A stretch of DNA of 64,000 bases. It comes from an uncultured cyanobacterium (GTDB lineage: Bacteria > Cyanobacteriota > Cyanobacteriia > PCC-6307 > Cyanobiaceae). Position 1 is the first letter of the stretch. Each line of letters opens with the position of its first letter. Position numbers and translations under genes: made by a program. Shown piece by piece: positions 31,122 through 41,808 of this stretch. The stretch spans positions 32,001-96,000 of the forward strand of contig CAVONQ010000003.1 in NCBI GenBank assembly GCA_963697335.1, read 5' to 3'. The notes under the pieces were generated by a model that did no database searches, was not told where the DNA came from, and worked only from the letters and a program-made list of their open reading frames with translations.

Positions 31122-31901
31122 TCAGCCCGCGGCGCTGAGGCCCATCTCGCCGAGGCGCTGGGAGGCGTAGCCGGTGCCCCGCACCGTGAGGATCAGCTCG
31201 GGGTTGCGGGGATCGGGCTCGAGCTTGCCGCGCAGCCGCGCCACGTAGACATCAACCACCCGCAGGTCAGCGGCGCGGCGCGGCGGATAGCCCCACAGCT
31301 GCTCGAGGATCTCGGCCCGGGGCACAACGCGGCCGGGTTCCCGGAACAGCAGCTCCAGCAGGCTGAACTCGGTGTAGGTGAGGGCGATGCGGTCGCCTTC
31401 GCGGGTCACCTGGCGGCGGTTGGTGTCCACCACCAGGTCTCCGAGCCGCAGCACACCGCTGCCACTGGGCATCTCCCGCGGCTCACTGGCGGCCGAGCCC
31501 CGGCCCACCCGCCGCAGGATCGTGGCGATGCGTGCCTCGAGTTCCTTGGGACTGAAGGGCTTGGGCAGGTAGTCGTCGGCGCCGAGGTCGAGGCCGGACA
31601 CCCGCTCAGCGATGGCATCGAGGGCCGAGAGAAAAATGATCGGCACGCACGACTCAGCCCGCAGCCGCCGGCAGACGGCGAAACCGTCCAGCTTGGGCAG
31701 CATCACATCGAGCACCACCAGATCGGGCTGCTCCTGGTGAAAGAGGCTGAGGGCCTCTTCGCCGTCCTCGGCGCAGATGACGCGGTAGCCGGCGAGCTGC
31801 AGGCGCATCAGCAGCACCCGGCGCACGGCCGCCTCGTCGTCGACTACGAGCAGCGTGGCCTTGGGCTCCGCTGGCGTGATCGACATGTCCGCGGAGGGCA
31901 T
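31122..31901 (-). CDS. OmpR-family response regulator, RpaB paralog (SrrA-like); start may be 31886
   Basis: VVDDE, LDVMLPKLDG, GADDYLPKPFSPKELEAR, RVVDVYVARLR, ILTVRGTGY. Confidence 0.85.
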   Translation of the reverse strand: MPSADMSITPAEPKATLLVVDDEAAVRRVLLMRLQLAGYRVICAEDGEEALSLFHQEQPDLVVLDVMLPKLDGFAVCRRLRAESCVPIIFLSALDAIAERVSGLDLGADDYLPKPFSPKELEARIATILRRVGRGSAASEPREMPSGSGVLRLGDLVVDTNRRQVTREGDRIALTYTEFSLLELLFREPGRVVPRAEILEQLWGYPPRRAADLRVVDVYVARLRGKLEPDPRNPELILTVRGTGYASQRLGEMGLSAAG

Positions 31902-32050
31902 GGGCGCAGCGCCTAGGGGATGAAGAATCGCAACCATACCCCTGAGGGAGGGGTTCGGTCATCCCCCAGATCGGCTCCTGGAGCGCCGTTCTGCCCATGC
32001 TTAAGCATTTCTGCAGAAACAGACAGAAGCGGGTGTTGCTGCTACGCGGC

Positions 32051-33385
32051 TCAGGGCCAACGGGACGCGGCGTAGCGGTCCCATTCCTGCCGCGCCGCGG
32101 CCAGGGCGGTGTCGCTGTCGCTCTGGCCCAGCATGGCGCGCTGGAGCTGGGTGTAGACGATTGTCTGCAGTCGCTTGATGCCGGGGATCGCCGGCACCAG
32201 CACCTGGGCCCGCTCCAGGGTGGTGGCCGAGAGCAGGCGCGCGTTTTCCACCAGTCGCTGCTCGGCGGGGGCGCCGCCCTCCTGCTGCTGGCGCAGGCTG
32301 ACCTGCAGCCGCTCCAGGGCGGCCACCGCCGATGGCAGCACCCGGGCCTCCTCGGCAAAGCGGTATTGGTTGTCGGCGTTGGTGAGGAACAGCCCGAAGC
32401 TCACCGCAGCCGCCGCCATGGCGCTCTGCTTCGGCACCACCAGGTTCATCACAGCCACGTTGGCGGCGCCATCGGCGCCGGTGAGGGGCGCGAAGGGGCT
32501 GGTGCGTGCGGCGATGCCAGGGGCGTTGGTCTGGAGGTTGCGCAGGAAGTCCGGCCCGGTGGACACCTGGGCGAGATCCCCGGATTGGTAGAGCTCGATC
32601 GCACGCCGGTAGCCCTGGCTCACCACTTCCCTGGGCAGCAGGCCCCGTCGGTAGAGACCACTCCAGAAGGCAAAGGCCCGCCGGCCCGCGGGGCTGTCGA
32701 AGGCCGCCCGACGGCGGTCATCGAGCAGGCGCACGCCCATCTGCACCATCGACTCCAGCAGCTCAGCCGAGTCGTCGGGCACCACGGTGGTGAACAGGGC
32801 ATAGCGGCCCGTGCGGCGCCGCACCGCCTCGGCATAGGCGGGCACCTGATCCCAGCGGCTGGGTGGCGCCGCGTAGCCCGCCTGCTGAAGCAGCGCCCGG
32901 TTGGCCATCGTGATCCGGGCCGTGAGGTACCAGGGAATGGCGAACTGGCTCCCCTCCTGCCGGCCCGCCTGCCAGATCCGCGGCAGATAGCGCTGCTCGG
33001 CCCCGGGAGGCAACACGGGCTGCAGGTCGAGCAGGCCCCCCTTGCTGGCCAGGTTGGCCGCAAAGGGGGGGTTGAGGTTCACCAGATCCGGAGCGGTGCG
33101 GGCGAACACAGCGGCCAGCAGCTTGCGCTCCACCGAGCCCCAGGGCACATCGGTCCAGCGCACCCGGATGCCGGGATTCCGCGCCTCCCAGGCCGCGATC
33201 ACAGCCCCCAGGTAGTCGTTGAAGCGCGGGGCCAGATCCAGCGTCCACACGTTCAGCTCCCGCCGGCCGTCGGGGCCGACTCCACCACCACCGCGGCCGC
33301 CGCAGGCCCCCAGGGCTCCGCTGATCCCGGCCGAAGCGCCGGCCATCGCCAGCAGCCGCAGCAGCTGTCGCCGCGTCAAGGCCAT
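32051..33385 (-). CDS. Sugar ABC transporter substrate-binding lipoprotein
   Basis: TRRQLL twin-arginine motif, LGAC lipobox, APDLVNLN, family-1 SBP features. Confidence 0.85.
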   Translation of the reverse strand: MALTRRQLLRLLAMAGASAGISGALGACGGRGGGGVGPDGRRELNVWTLDLAPRFNDYLGAVIAAWEARNPGIRVRWTDVPWGSVERKLLAAVFARTAPDLVNLNPPFAANLASKGGLLDLQPVLPPGAEQRYLPRIWQAGRQEGSQFAIPWYLTARITMANRALLQQAGYAAPPSRWDQVPAYAEAVRRRTGRYALFTTVVPDDSAELLESMVQMGVRLLDDRRRAAFDSPAGRRAFAFWSGLYRRGLLPREVVSQGYRRAIELYQSGDLAQVSTGPDFLRNLQTNAPGIAARTSPFAPLTGADGAANVAVMNLVVPKQSAMAAAAVSFGLFLTNADNQYRFAEEARVLPSAVAALERLQVSLRQQQEGGAPAEQRLVENARLLSATTLERAQVLVPAIPGIKRLQTIVYTQLQRAMLGQSDSDTALAAARQEWDRYAASRWP

Positions 33386-33906
33386 CGGGTTCCGCCTCCC
33401 ATCACGTCACTGCGCAGTCCTGGAGCCTGCAGGCGCCAGAGCAGCAACTGCAGCGAGCACAGCATGGGCGCTAGCAGGGCGGTGATCAGGGTCTGGGCCG
33501 TGAGCACCTGCAGGGGAGCTATGCCCAGCTGGCCCGACCAGCGCTGCTGCAGCATCACGCTGAGGCCGAGCAGGGCCGTGCCGAGCAGGGCCAGCAGGCC
33601 GAGATTGAAGCTGCGCTCCAGCCGGGGATGTCGGCGGCCCAGCCGGCCCCACCACCAGCCCAGCAGCACCAGCCCCGGGATCTGGCTCACCGGGCCCAGC
33701 TGGAGGGCATCGAGCATCAGGCCCAGCACCAATCCCGCCAGCATTCCCGACCAGGGCCCATCCACCAGGGACCAGGGCAACAGCCAGAGCACGGCCCAGC
33801 TCGGACCCACCCCCGCGAGCTGAAGGATGGCCGGGGACCCCAGGCTGATCAGAGGCACCACCAGCACCGTGGCGGCGCACCAGCGCTGTCGAGCCAGGCC
33901 GCTCAT
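33376..33906 (-). CDS. mreD: Rod shape-determining protein MreD
   Basis: Hydrophobic 176 aa after mreC; GLVLGLMLDAL. Confidence 0.85.
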   Translation of the reverse strand: MSGLARQRWCAATVLVVPLISLGSPAILQLAGVGPSWAVLWLLPWSLVDGPWSGMLAGLVLGLMLDALQLGPVSQIPGLVLLGWWWGRLGRRHPRLERSFNLGLLALLGTALLGLSVMLQQRWSGQLGIAPLQVLTAQTLITALLAPMLCSLQLLLWRLQAPGLRSDVMGGGTRWP

Positions 33907-33931
33907 CGGCCGGCCTCAACCCTGGCGCCGC

Positions 33932-34672
33932 TCACTGCGGCCTCACCTGCACCCAGTCCACCGCATCCAGGGGGGCGCTGAGCTGCACCACGGCCTCCGG
34001 GGCCGGCACCGCGGCCTCATCCACCGTCTGCACCACCCCCACCGTCAGGTTGGGGGGCACCAGGGTGCTGGCCGGGGATGTCACGATCACGTCGCCGGGG
34101 CGCACGTTGAGATCCCGATCGATGAAGCGCAGCACGGGCCTGGGCGTGCCGAGGCCCACCAGCAGCCCATGGCGCCGCACCCGGGCCACCCACACCCCCA
34201 CCCGGCTGCTGGAATCGGTGAGCAGGGCCACCGTGGCCGTGCTGGGCGTCACGCTCACCACCCGCCCCACCAGGCCGCCAGGGGCCACCACTGCCTGGCC
34301 CGGAGCCACCCCCTGCAGGGAGCCGCGCCCGAGCACCAGCTGGCGCCACCAGCCCCCGGCGGTGCGGGAGATCACGGGGGCAGAGATCGCGTTGCCGCCG
34401 GCCTGTTGAAGGTCCAGCAGCTCCCGCAGCCGCAGGTTGTCCGCCTCCAGCATCGAGAGGCGAGTCTGCTGATCGAGCTGCTGGGCGGACTCGATCCACT
34501 CCCCCTGGGCACTGCCCGGCCAGAACGGGCGACTCAGCAGGGCATAGGCATCGCTCAGCACAGCCCCCTTGCTGAGCCGCACCCCCACCAGCGCCAGCAC
34601 CACAAGCGCCCAGGGCCAGTAGGCCCTGAGCCGGCGCAGCGGCGGCAGTCGCGGCTGGCGGTCCGACTGCAT
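33932..34672 (-). CDS. mreC: Rod shape-determining protein MreC
   Basis: LEADNLRLRELL coiled coil, GGLVGRVVSV, GDVIVTS. Confidence 0.92.
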   Translation of the reverse strand: MQSDRQPRLPPLRRLRAYWPWALVVLALVGVRLSKGAVLSDAYALLSRPFWPGSAQGEWIESAQQLDQQTRLSMLEADNLRLRELLDLQQAGGNAISAPVISRTAGGWWRQLVLGRGSLQGVAPGQAVVAPGGLVGRVVSVTPSTATVALLTDSSSRVGVWVARVRRHGLLVGLGTPRPVLRFIDRDLNVRPGDVIVTSPASTLVPPNLTVGVVQTVDEAAVPAPEAVVQLSAPLDAVDWVQVRPQ

Positions 34673-34677
34673 CGGCC

Positions 34678-35730
34678 TCAGGCCGCCATGCGCACGAAGT
34701 CAGGGGTGTCCAGCACGCGCTCCAGGCGCTTGTAGTCCTCCAGGACCATGCCGCAGCCCATGACCACGCAGAGGAGCGGGTCCTCGGCGATGTGGGTGAG
34801 GATGCCCGTCTCGTGGCTGATCAGGTCGCTGATGCCGCGCACCATGGCGCCGCCTCCAGCCAGCATGATGCCGCGATCGACGATGTCGGCCGCCAGTTCC
34901 GGTGGGGTGCGCTCCAGGGTGCGCTTCACGGCCTCCACGATCACGTTGAGGGGCTCGGCCATGGCCTCGCGGATGTCGCCGGCTCGCACGTTGATGGTGC
35001 GGGGCAGGCCGGAGAGCAGGTGCAGGCCGCGCACATCCATGGAGGTCTCGTCGTGCTCGTCATCGGGGAAGGCTGAGCCGATCCGGATCTTGATGTCCTC
35101 GGCGGTGCGCTCACCCACCACCAGGTTGTGCACCTTCTTGAGATACACCCCGATCGAATCGCTGAGTTCGTCGCCCGCCACCCGCACCGATTCACTCAGC
35201 ACGGTGCCGCCAAGGCTGAGCACCGCCACCTCGGTGGTACCGCCGCCGATGTCGACGATCATGGTGCCCACTGGCTCGGTCACCGGCAGACCGGCGCCGA
35301 TCGCCGCAGCCACCGGCTCATCGATCAGATGCACCTCCCGCGCGCCCGCCAGCCCCGCCTCCCGCACGGCGCGGCGCTCCACGCCGGTGACGCCGCTGGG
35401 GATGCCGATCACCAGCCGCGGCGCCACGATGCCCCGCCCCTCGTTGCCCTTCTGGATGAAGGTCTTGATCATCTGCTCAGCAGCGTCGAAGTCGGCGATC
35501 ACGCCGTCGCGCAGCGGCCGGATGGCCCGGATGTTGCCAGGGGTGCGGCCCAGCATCAGCTTGGCCTCATCGCCCACCGCCAGGGGCACACCACGCTCGA
35601 GATCCAGGGCCACCACAGAGGGCTCTTGCAGCACAATGCCCTTGCCCGACACATACATCAGGGTGTTGGCCGTGCCCAGATCGATGCCGATGTCGCGGGA
35701 GAACTGGAAACGACGAAAGAACACGGACAT
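34678..35730 (-). CDS. mreB: Actin-like MreB
   Basis: GIDLGTANT, RPLRDGVIADF, VDIGGGTTEVA, LAGGGA. Confidence 0.97.
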   Translation of the reverse strand: MSVFFRRFQFSRDIGIDLGTANTLMYVSGKGIVLQEPSVVALDLERGVPLAVGDEAKLMLGRTPGNIRAIRPLRDGVIADFDAAEQMIKTFIQKGNEGRGIVAPRLVIGIPSGVTGVERRAVREAGLAGAREVHLIDEPVAAAIGAGLPVTEPVGTMIVDIGGGTTEVAVLSLGGTVLSESVRVAGDELSDSIGVYLKKVHNLVVGERTAEDIKIRIGSAFPDDEHDETSMDVRGLHLLSGLPRTINVRAGDIREAMAEPLNVIVEAVKRTLERTPPELAADIVDRGIMLAGGGAMVRGISDLISHETGILTHIAEDPLLCVVMGCGMVLEDYKRLERVLDTPDFVRMAA

Positions 35731-35862
35731 CCGTTCAGGCAGCCCCGCATCATACGGGGGCCATCGGGGAGCGTTACGGCCGGCCCCCAGGGTGGAACTG
35801 AACCGTTGAGGGCGCCTCAAGGGGTGCCGCATCATTGATCCAATCGACCAAGGAGACCCGCT

Positions 35863-36270
35863 ATGGGCGTCAATTCCATCACCCTCGTCGGCCGTGCCGG
35901 CCGCGATCCCGAAGTGCGCTACTTCGAATCCGGCAGCGTGGTGGCCAACCTCACCCTGGCGGTGAACCGGCGCAGCCGCGACGACGAACCGGACTGGTTC
36001 AACCTCGAGATCTGGGGCAAGCAGGCCCAGGTGGCCGCCGACTATGTGCGCAAGGGTTCCCTGCTGGGAATCATCGGCAGCTTCAAGCTCGACCGCTGGA
36101 CCGACCGCACCAGCGGCGAGGAGCGCACCAAGCCGGTGATCCGGGTGGATCGCCTGGAACTGTTGGGCTCCCGCCGCGACGCTGAGGGCGGCATGGGAGG
36201 CGGGAGCGGCAGCTTCGAAGGTGGCAGCTTCGGGGGTGGCGAACCCAGTGAAGAGGAAGTGCCGTTCTGA
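35863..36270 (+). CDS. ssb: Single-stranded DNA-binding protein
   Basis: LVGRAGRDPEVRY, OB fold, Gly-rich linker, acidic EEVPF tail. Confidence 0.96.
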   Translation: MGVNSITLVGRAGRDPEVRYFESGSVVANLTLAVNRRSRDDEPDWFNLEIWGKQAQVAADYVRKGSLLGIIGSFKLDRWTDRTSGEERTKPVIRVDRLELLGSRRDAEGGMGGGSGSFEGGSFGGGEPSEEEVPF

Positions 36271-36278
36271 ACGGTGAG

Positions 36279-36296
36279 GGGGGAGCACGCTCCCCC
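36279..36296. terminator. Hairpin between convergent ssb and ahcY
   Basis: GGGGGAG-CACG-CTCCCCC; no clear U-tract. Confidence 0.45.
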
Positions 36297-36341
36297 TCCG
36301 GACACCGCCTGGCTCAAAGGCGGCAGCTCACTGGCGGGAGC

Positions 36342-37769
<1,428 letters not shown>

Positions 37770-37892
37770 GGTTGGGACTCCTGAAGAACTGCTCACTCCC
37801 GGCTGGGAGGGCATGGATGGGGAAATATCTGCAGAGACGCCGAGGCTTCGGGCTCGCTTGAGCGGCAATCTACAGACAGCTTCCGGATTCGC

Positions 37893-38402
37893 GTGAGCCC
37901 CTCCGCCCCGCCCTGGCGCCGCCAGCAGCTCGCCGATGCCGCCGCCACCCGGGCCCTGGGGGGGGCGTTGGCCCAGTGGCTCAGGCCCGCGGGCCAGGGG
38001 CTGGCGGCTCAGGCGCCGATGCTGCTCCTGCAGGGCGACCTGGGCAGCGGCAAGACCTGCCTGGTGCAGGGCCTGGCCGCGGCCCTGGGCATCGGCGAGC
38101 CGATCACCAGCCCCAGCTTCGCCCTGGCCCAGCACTACCTGCCGTGGGGAGCCGATGCGGCGGCACGTCCCCTGGTGCACCTCGATCTCTACCGGCTGGA
38201 GCAGCCGGGCGCGGCCGATGAGCTGCTGGCCCAGGAAGAGGAAAGTGCGCTGGAGCTTGGCGCCGTGCTGGCCGTGGAATGGCCCGAGCGTCTGAGCCTG
38301 CCGCCCAGCGAGGCCTGGTGGGTGGAGCTGCAGTTGCTCGACGGCACCGACCCCGAGGCCGGCCGGGAGGCCCTGCTGTGGCGCCCCTGCGAGGCTCGCT
38401 AG
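37893..38402 (+). CDS. tsaE: t6A biosynthesis ATPase TsaE
   Basis: [26 protein letters not shown]. Confidence 0.93.
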   Translation: MSPSAPPWRRQQLADAAATRALGGALAQWLRPAGQGLAAQAPMLLLQGDLGSGKTCLVQGLAAALGIGEPITSPSFALAQHYLPWGADAAARPLVHLDLYRLEQPGAADELLAQEEESALELGAVLAVEWPERLSLPPSEAWWVELQLLDGTDPEAGREALLWRPCEAR

Positions 38403-38426
38403 CGCCGCTCAGAGCGGAGGCCGGCT

Positions 38427-39449
38427 CTACCGGGCAGCCAGAAAGGCCTCCACCTGGGCGGCGCTGGGCTGGGGATCGATGGCACCGGCCCCCTGGCACA
38501 CCAGGGCCCCGCAGGCGCTGGCGAAGCGCATCAGCTGCTCCACCGCCAGGCCGTCATCCCCCTGCAGCAGCATCGGCCTGGCGACCAGGCCATGCAGCAC
38601 CCCGGCCGTGAAGGCATCCCCGGCGCCGGTGGTGTCCAGCACCGGCACCCGGTAGGGAGCCATGGCGCCGCTGGCATGGCCGAGGCACCAACGCAGCGGC
38701 GCCGCCCCATCGGTGACCACCACGGCCGGCTGCTGGGGCAGGGCCGCCCGCACCAGCTCCGGATCGGCACTACCGAACAGCCACTGGGCCTCTTCAGCAG
38801 CGCACTTCACCAGGGCGGCCCGCTGCAGCAGGGCGCGGATGCGCCCGGCCTGCTCAGGCCTGGGACCCGCCTGCGGCGCCGCCATCCCATCCCAGAAGGT
38901 GGGTCGCCAGTTGACATCCACCGCCAGGGCCACGCCGCGGCTGCCGGCCTGCTCCACGGCGAACTCCAGGGCCGCCGCGGCGCCGCCGGCCAGGGGCAGG
39001 GTTCCCACCAGCAACCAGCTCGCCGACTCCGGCAGGGCTGCCGCCGCCAGGGCCTCGTCGGCGAAGCCCTCGCCACGGTCGCCCGCGAAGCCACCGAACT
39101 GGCGCTCGCCGGCCAGGTCGCGGCGCACCAGCACGATGCGGGTGGGCCGGCGGCCATCCCACTGCAGGCCGCTGGTGTCGACGCCCCGGGCCTGGAACAG
39201 CGCAGCCAGGGCCTCGCCAGCCGGGTCACGGCCCAATCGGCCCAGGAAGGCCGCCCCCGTACCCAGGCGGGCCAGGGCGCAGGCCACGTTGGCGGGGGCC
39301 CCACCGAGACGGTCGTCGCAGTCGCCAGGGGCGGCGCAGGCGGGATCGCCGCCCAGGGGTCCCAGGCGATCCACCAACGCCTCGCCGAGGCAGAGCACCA
39401 GCGATCGTGGGGCGGCCGGTGGCGGGGCAGCCAATGGTGGGGCAGCCAT
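38427..39449 (-). CDS. PfkB-family carbohydrate kinase (fructokinase-like)
   Basis: LGEALVD, GGAPANVA, DVNWRP, DTTGAGDAF. Confidence 0.9.
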   Translation of the reverse strand: MAAPPLAAPPPAAPRSLVLCLGEALVDRLGPLGGDPACAAPGDCDDRLGGAPANVACALARLGTGAAFLGRLGRDPAGEALAALFQARGVDTSGLQWDGRRPTRIVLVRRDLAGERQFGGFAGDRGEGFADEALAAAALPESASWLLVGTLPLAGGAAAALEFAVEQAGSRGVALAVDVNWRPTFWDGMAAPQAGPRPEQAGRIRALLQRAALVKCAAEEAQWLFGSADPELVRAALPQQPAVVVTDGAAPLRWCLGHASGAMAPYRVPVLDTTGAGDAFTAGVLHGLVARPMLLQGDDGLAVEQLMRFASACGALVCQGAGAIDPQPSAAQVEAFLAAR

Positions 39450-39496
39450 GGGAGCGGGGCCATCTCCCCCCAGGTTGGCCCAGGGCCGAGCCGGCG

Positions 39497-40717
39497 TCAG
39501 CCGGGCTCCACCAGCCCCCGGGCAAGTCGGTCCTGCAGGGCGGCGATGATGCGGGCATTCGCCGCCGGGAAGGGAAAGTCCGCGAGCTGCTCCGGCCGCA
39601 CCCAGCGCACCTGCTGGCTGGCCAGGGGCTGGGGCTCGCCGCTGCTCCAGCGGCAGAGGTGCACCACGAAGCGCAGCCGCTTGTGGCTGTAGGCGTGCTC
39701 GAGGCAGATCAGCTCCTCCCCCACCTGCACCTCGATGGCCAGTTCCTCGCGCAGTTCGCGGGCGATGGTGGCCGCAATCGCCTCGCCTGGCTCCTGCTTG
39801 CCACCGGGAAACTCCCACAGCCCCCCCAGCAGACCCTCCGGCAGGCGCTGATCGATCAGCACCCGGCCGTCGGCGTCGAGCACCACCCCCACCCCGATCA
39901 CCTGGAAGGGCACGGTCTTGGCGACGTCCTTCACGGGGAAGCGGGCGGGATCGCCGGCAGCGTAGGCAGCGCAGTGGCCCTGCCAGGGGCAGACCCCGCA
40001 GCGCGGTTGGCGGGGGGTGCAGACGCTGGCGCCCAGGTCCATCAGGGCCTGGTTGAAGGCGCGGGGATGGCGGCGATCCAGCAGGGTGTGGCTCAGCTGC
40101 CAGTACGCCGCCTGCTGGCGGGCCGGGGGCTGGGGGCAGGCCAGCAGCCGCGCCAGCAGCCTCCGCACGTTGCCGTCCAGGATCGGGTGGGCCAGGTCGT
40201 AGGCCGAGGAGAGGATGCTGCCGGCGGTGCTGGGGCCCACCCCCGGCAGCGCCAGCCAACCCTCGAGCTGCCGCGGCCAGGGGTCCTGGGGGGCTTGCTG
40301 CTCAGGGCCCTGGCCAGGAGGGGCATGCGTCAACAGCTGCCTGGCTCCCTGAAGCAACCGCCGTGCCCGGACGTAATAGCCAAGGCCCTGCCAGAGCAAC
40401 AGCACGCTCTGCTCCTCAGCGCCGGCCAGGGCCTCCAGGCTCGGGAAGGCCGCCATCCAGCGCTGCCAGTAGGGGAGCGCCACCTGCAGCTGGGTCTGCT
40501 GCAGCATGATCTCGGCCACCCAGATTCCCCAGGGATCGAGGGCCGCGCCGGGCTGGGGCGGGCTGCCATCGGGGTGCAGCTTCCAGGGCAGCCCATGGCG
40601 ACCCTCCAGACGCCACCAGGCCAGCAGACGGCTGCGCAGCGTCGGCGCCAGGCCGGTGAGCCGCTCCGTGGCCGCCTCCAGGCTCCACGCCACCGCTGAG
40701 TCCGAACCGGCCCGCAT
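39497..40717 (-). CDS. mutY: A/G-specific adenine glycosylase with C-terminal MutT/Nudix domain
   Basis: EIMLQQT, WQGLGYY, LPGVG...DGNV, CTPRQPRCGVCPWQGHC Fe-S motif, GGKQEPGE...RELREEL. Confidence 0.92.
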   Translation of the reverse strand: MRAGSDSAVAWSLEAATERLTGLAPTLRSRLLAWWRLEGRHGLPWKLHPDGSPPQPGAALDPWGIWVAEIMLQQTQLQVALPYWQRWMAAFPSLEALAGAEEQSVLLLWQGLGYYVRARRLLQGARQLLTHAPPGQGPEQQAPQDPWPRQLEGWLALPGVGPSTAGSILSSAYDLAHPILDGNVRRLLARLLACPQPPARQQAAYWQLSHTLLDRRHPRAFNQALMDLGASVCTPRQPRCGVCPWQGHCAAYAAGDPARFPVKDVAKTVPFQVIGVGVVLDADGRVLIDQRLPEGLLGGLWEFPGGKQEPGEAIAATIARELREELAIEVQVGEELICLEHAYSHKRLRFVVHLCRWSSGEPQPLASQQVRWVRPEQLADFPFPAANARIIAALQDRLARGLVEPG

Positions 40718-40731
40718 CCCCTGTTTCCCCC

Positions 40732-41808
40732 CTACCTCGCCTCCTGGGAACTGGAGACGGACACCTCCCGGTAGCGCTCAGGGTCGGCCAGCAGCCTGGC
40801 CAGATCCGGCACCACCGCCAGGGTTTCTCCAGTGCGCTGGCGCAGCAGCCGGGAGTGGTAAGCGCCGGGCTCCACGCCCTGGCGGCGCCAGCGCAGCACC
40901 TGCCAGTCGAGGCCCAGCAGGCGATAGAGCAGGGCCTGCAGGCGCAGGGCCGGGGTCAGCTCGGCAGGCCGCTCACGGCGGCCCATGGGGCGGCCTAGTT
41001 GGGCGGCGGTCTGGCGCAGCTTGCGGGGAAGGCGCTGACGCAACCGCTCGGGGCTGAGCGATTCGAACAGGCGGATCAGCCGCTGGTGCTCCGGGGTAAA
41101 GACGTTGTAGCGGTGGCGGCTGCCGCGGTGGTTGTGGGTCACCACCCGGATGCCGGCCAGGTCTGGGCTGAAGACGAAGCGGCCGCCCAGGCGCCAGGCC
41201 CGCAGCAGCCAGTCGCGCAGGGAGGTCCGCCACAGGCGGCTGGAATGGATCCAGGGGCCGACCCGGCGGGCGTAGGCCGTGCGCACCAGCCAGAAGCTGC
41301 TGGGGTCGTAGTAGAGGTCTTCGGGGCGCAGCAGCAGCCGCAGATCCCTGAGGTCGGGGCCGATCGTGAGCCGCTTCATGAATACCGGCCGAATCGAACC
41401 ATCGGGCTCTTCGTGACAGGTCGCCAGCTTCAGGGCCGGCGCCAGCAGCAGGTCAGCGCCGCTCAGGGCGAGCCGCTGCAGGCCCAGCTCCAGGTGATCC
41501 GGCAGCAGCAGGTCGTCGTGGTTGAGAAAACACACCACCGGCGCCCTGGCGAGGGCCAGCCCGAAGGAGTTGGGGCCAGACTGCTCCCCGAAGCGCTCGC
41601 CCAGGTTGTAGTAGCGCACGCGGGGATCGGCCAGGGCCGCAAGCATGGCGCCCGTGTCCGGCGCGCAGCAGTCGCCCACCACCAGGGCCTCCCAGTCAGC
41701 ACAGGTCTGCAGCTGCAGCGCCCGCAGGGTGCTGCGCAGGGCCTCCACCCGTTTGTAGGTGGCGATCACAAAGCTGACGCGGGCGGCGGGGGGCAGCACG
41801 GCGCTCAC
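40732..41808 (-). CDS. Glycosyltransferase family 2
   Basis: VSFVIATYKR, EALVVGDC, NFGLALA-like segment, FLNHDDLLLPDHL; GTG start overlaps the upstream stop. Confidence 0.85.
   Translation of the reverse strand: MSAVLPPAARVSFVIATYKRVEALRSTLRALQLQTCADWEALVVGDCCAPDTGAMLAALADPRVRYYNLGERFGEQSGPNSFGLALARAPVVCFLNHDDLLLPDHLELGLQRLALSGADLLLAPALKLATCHEEPDGSIRPVFMKRLTIGPDLRDLRLLLRPEDLYYDPSSFWLVRTAYARRVGPWIHSSRLWRTSLRDWLLRAWRLGGRFVFSPDLAGIRVVTHNHRGSRHRYNVFTPEHQRLIRLFESLSPERLRQRLPRKLRQTAAQLGRPMGRRERPAELTPALRLQALLYRLLGLDWQVLRWRRQGVEPGAYHSRLLRQRTGETLAVVPDLARLLADPERYREVSVSSSQEAR

Noticed and set aside
37780..37890. Canonical SAH riboswitch
   Set aside because: Signature sequences not found; kept only as a candidate novel leader.
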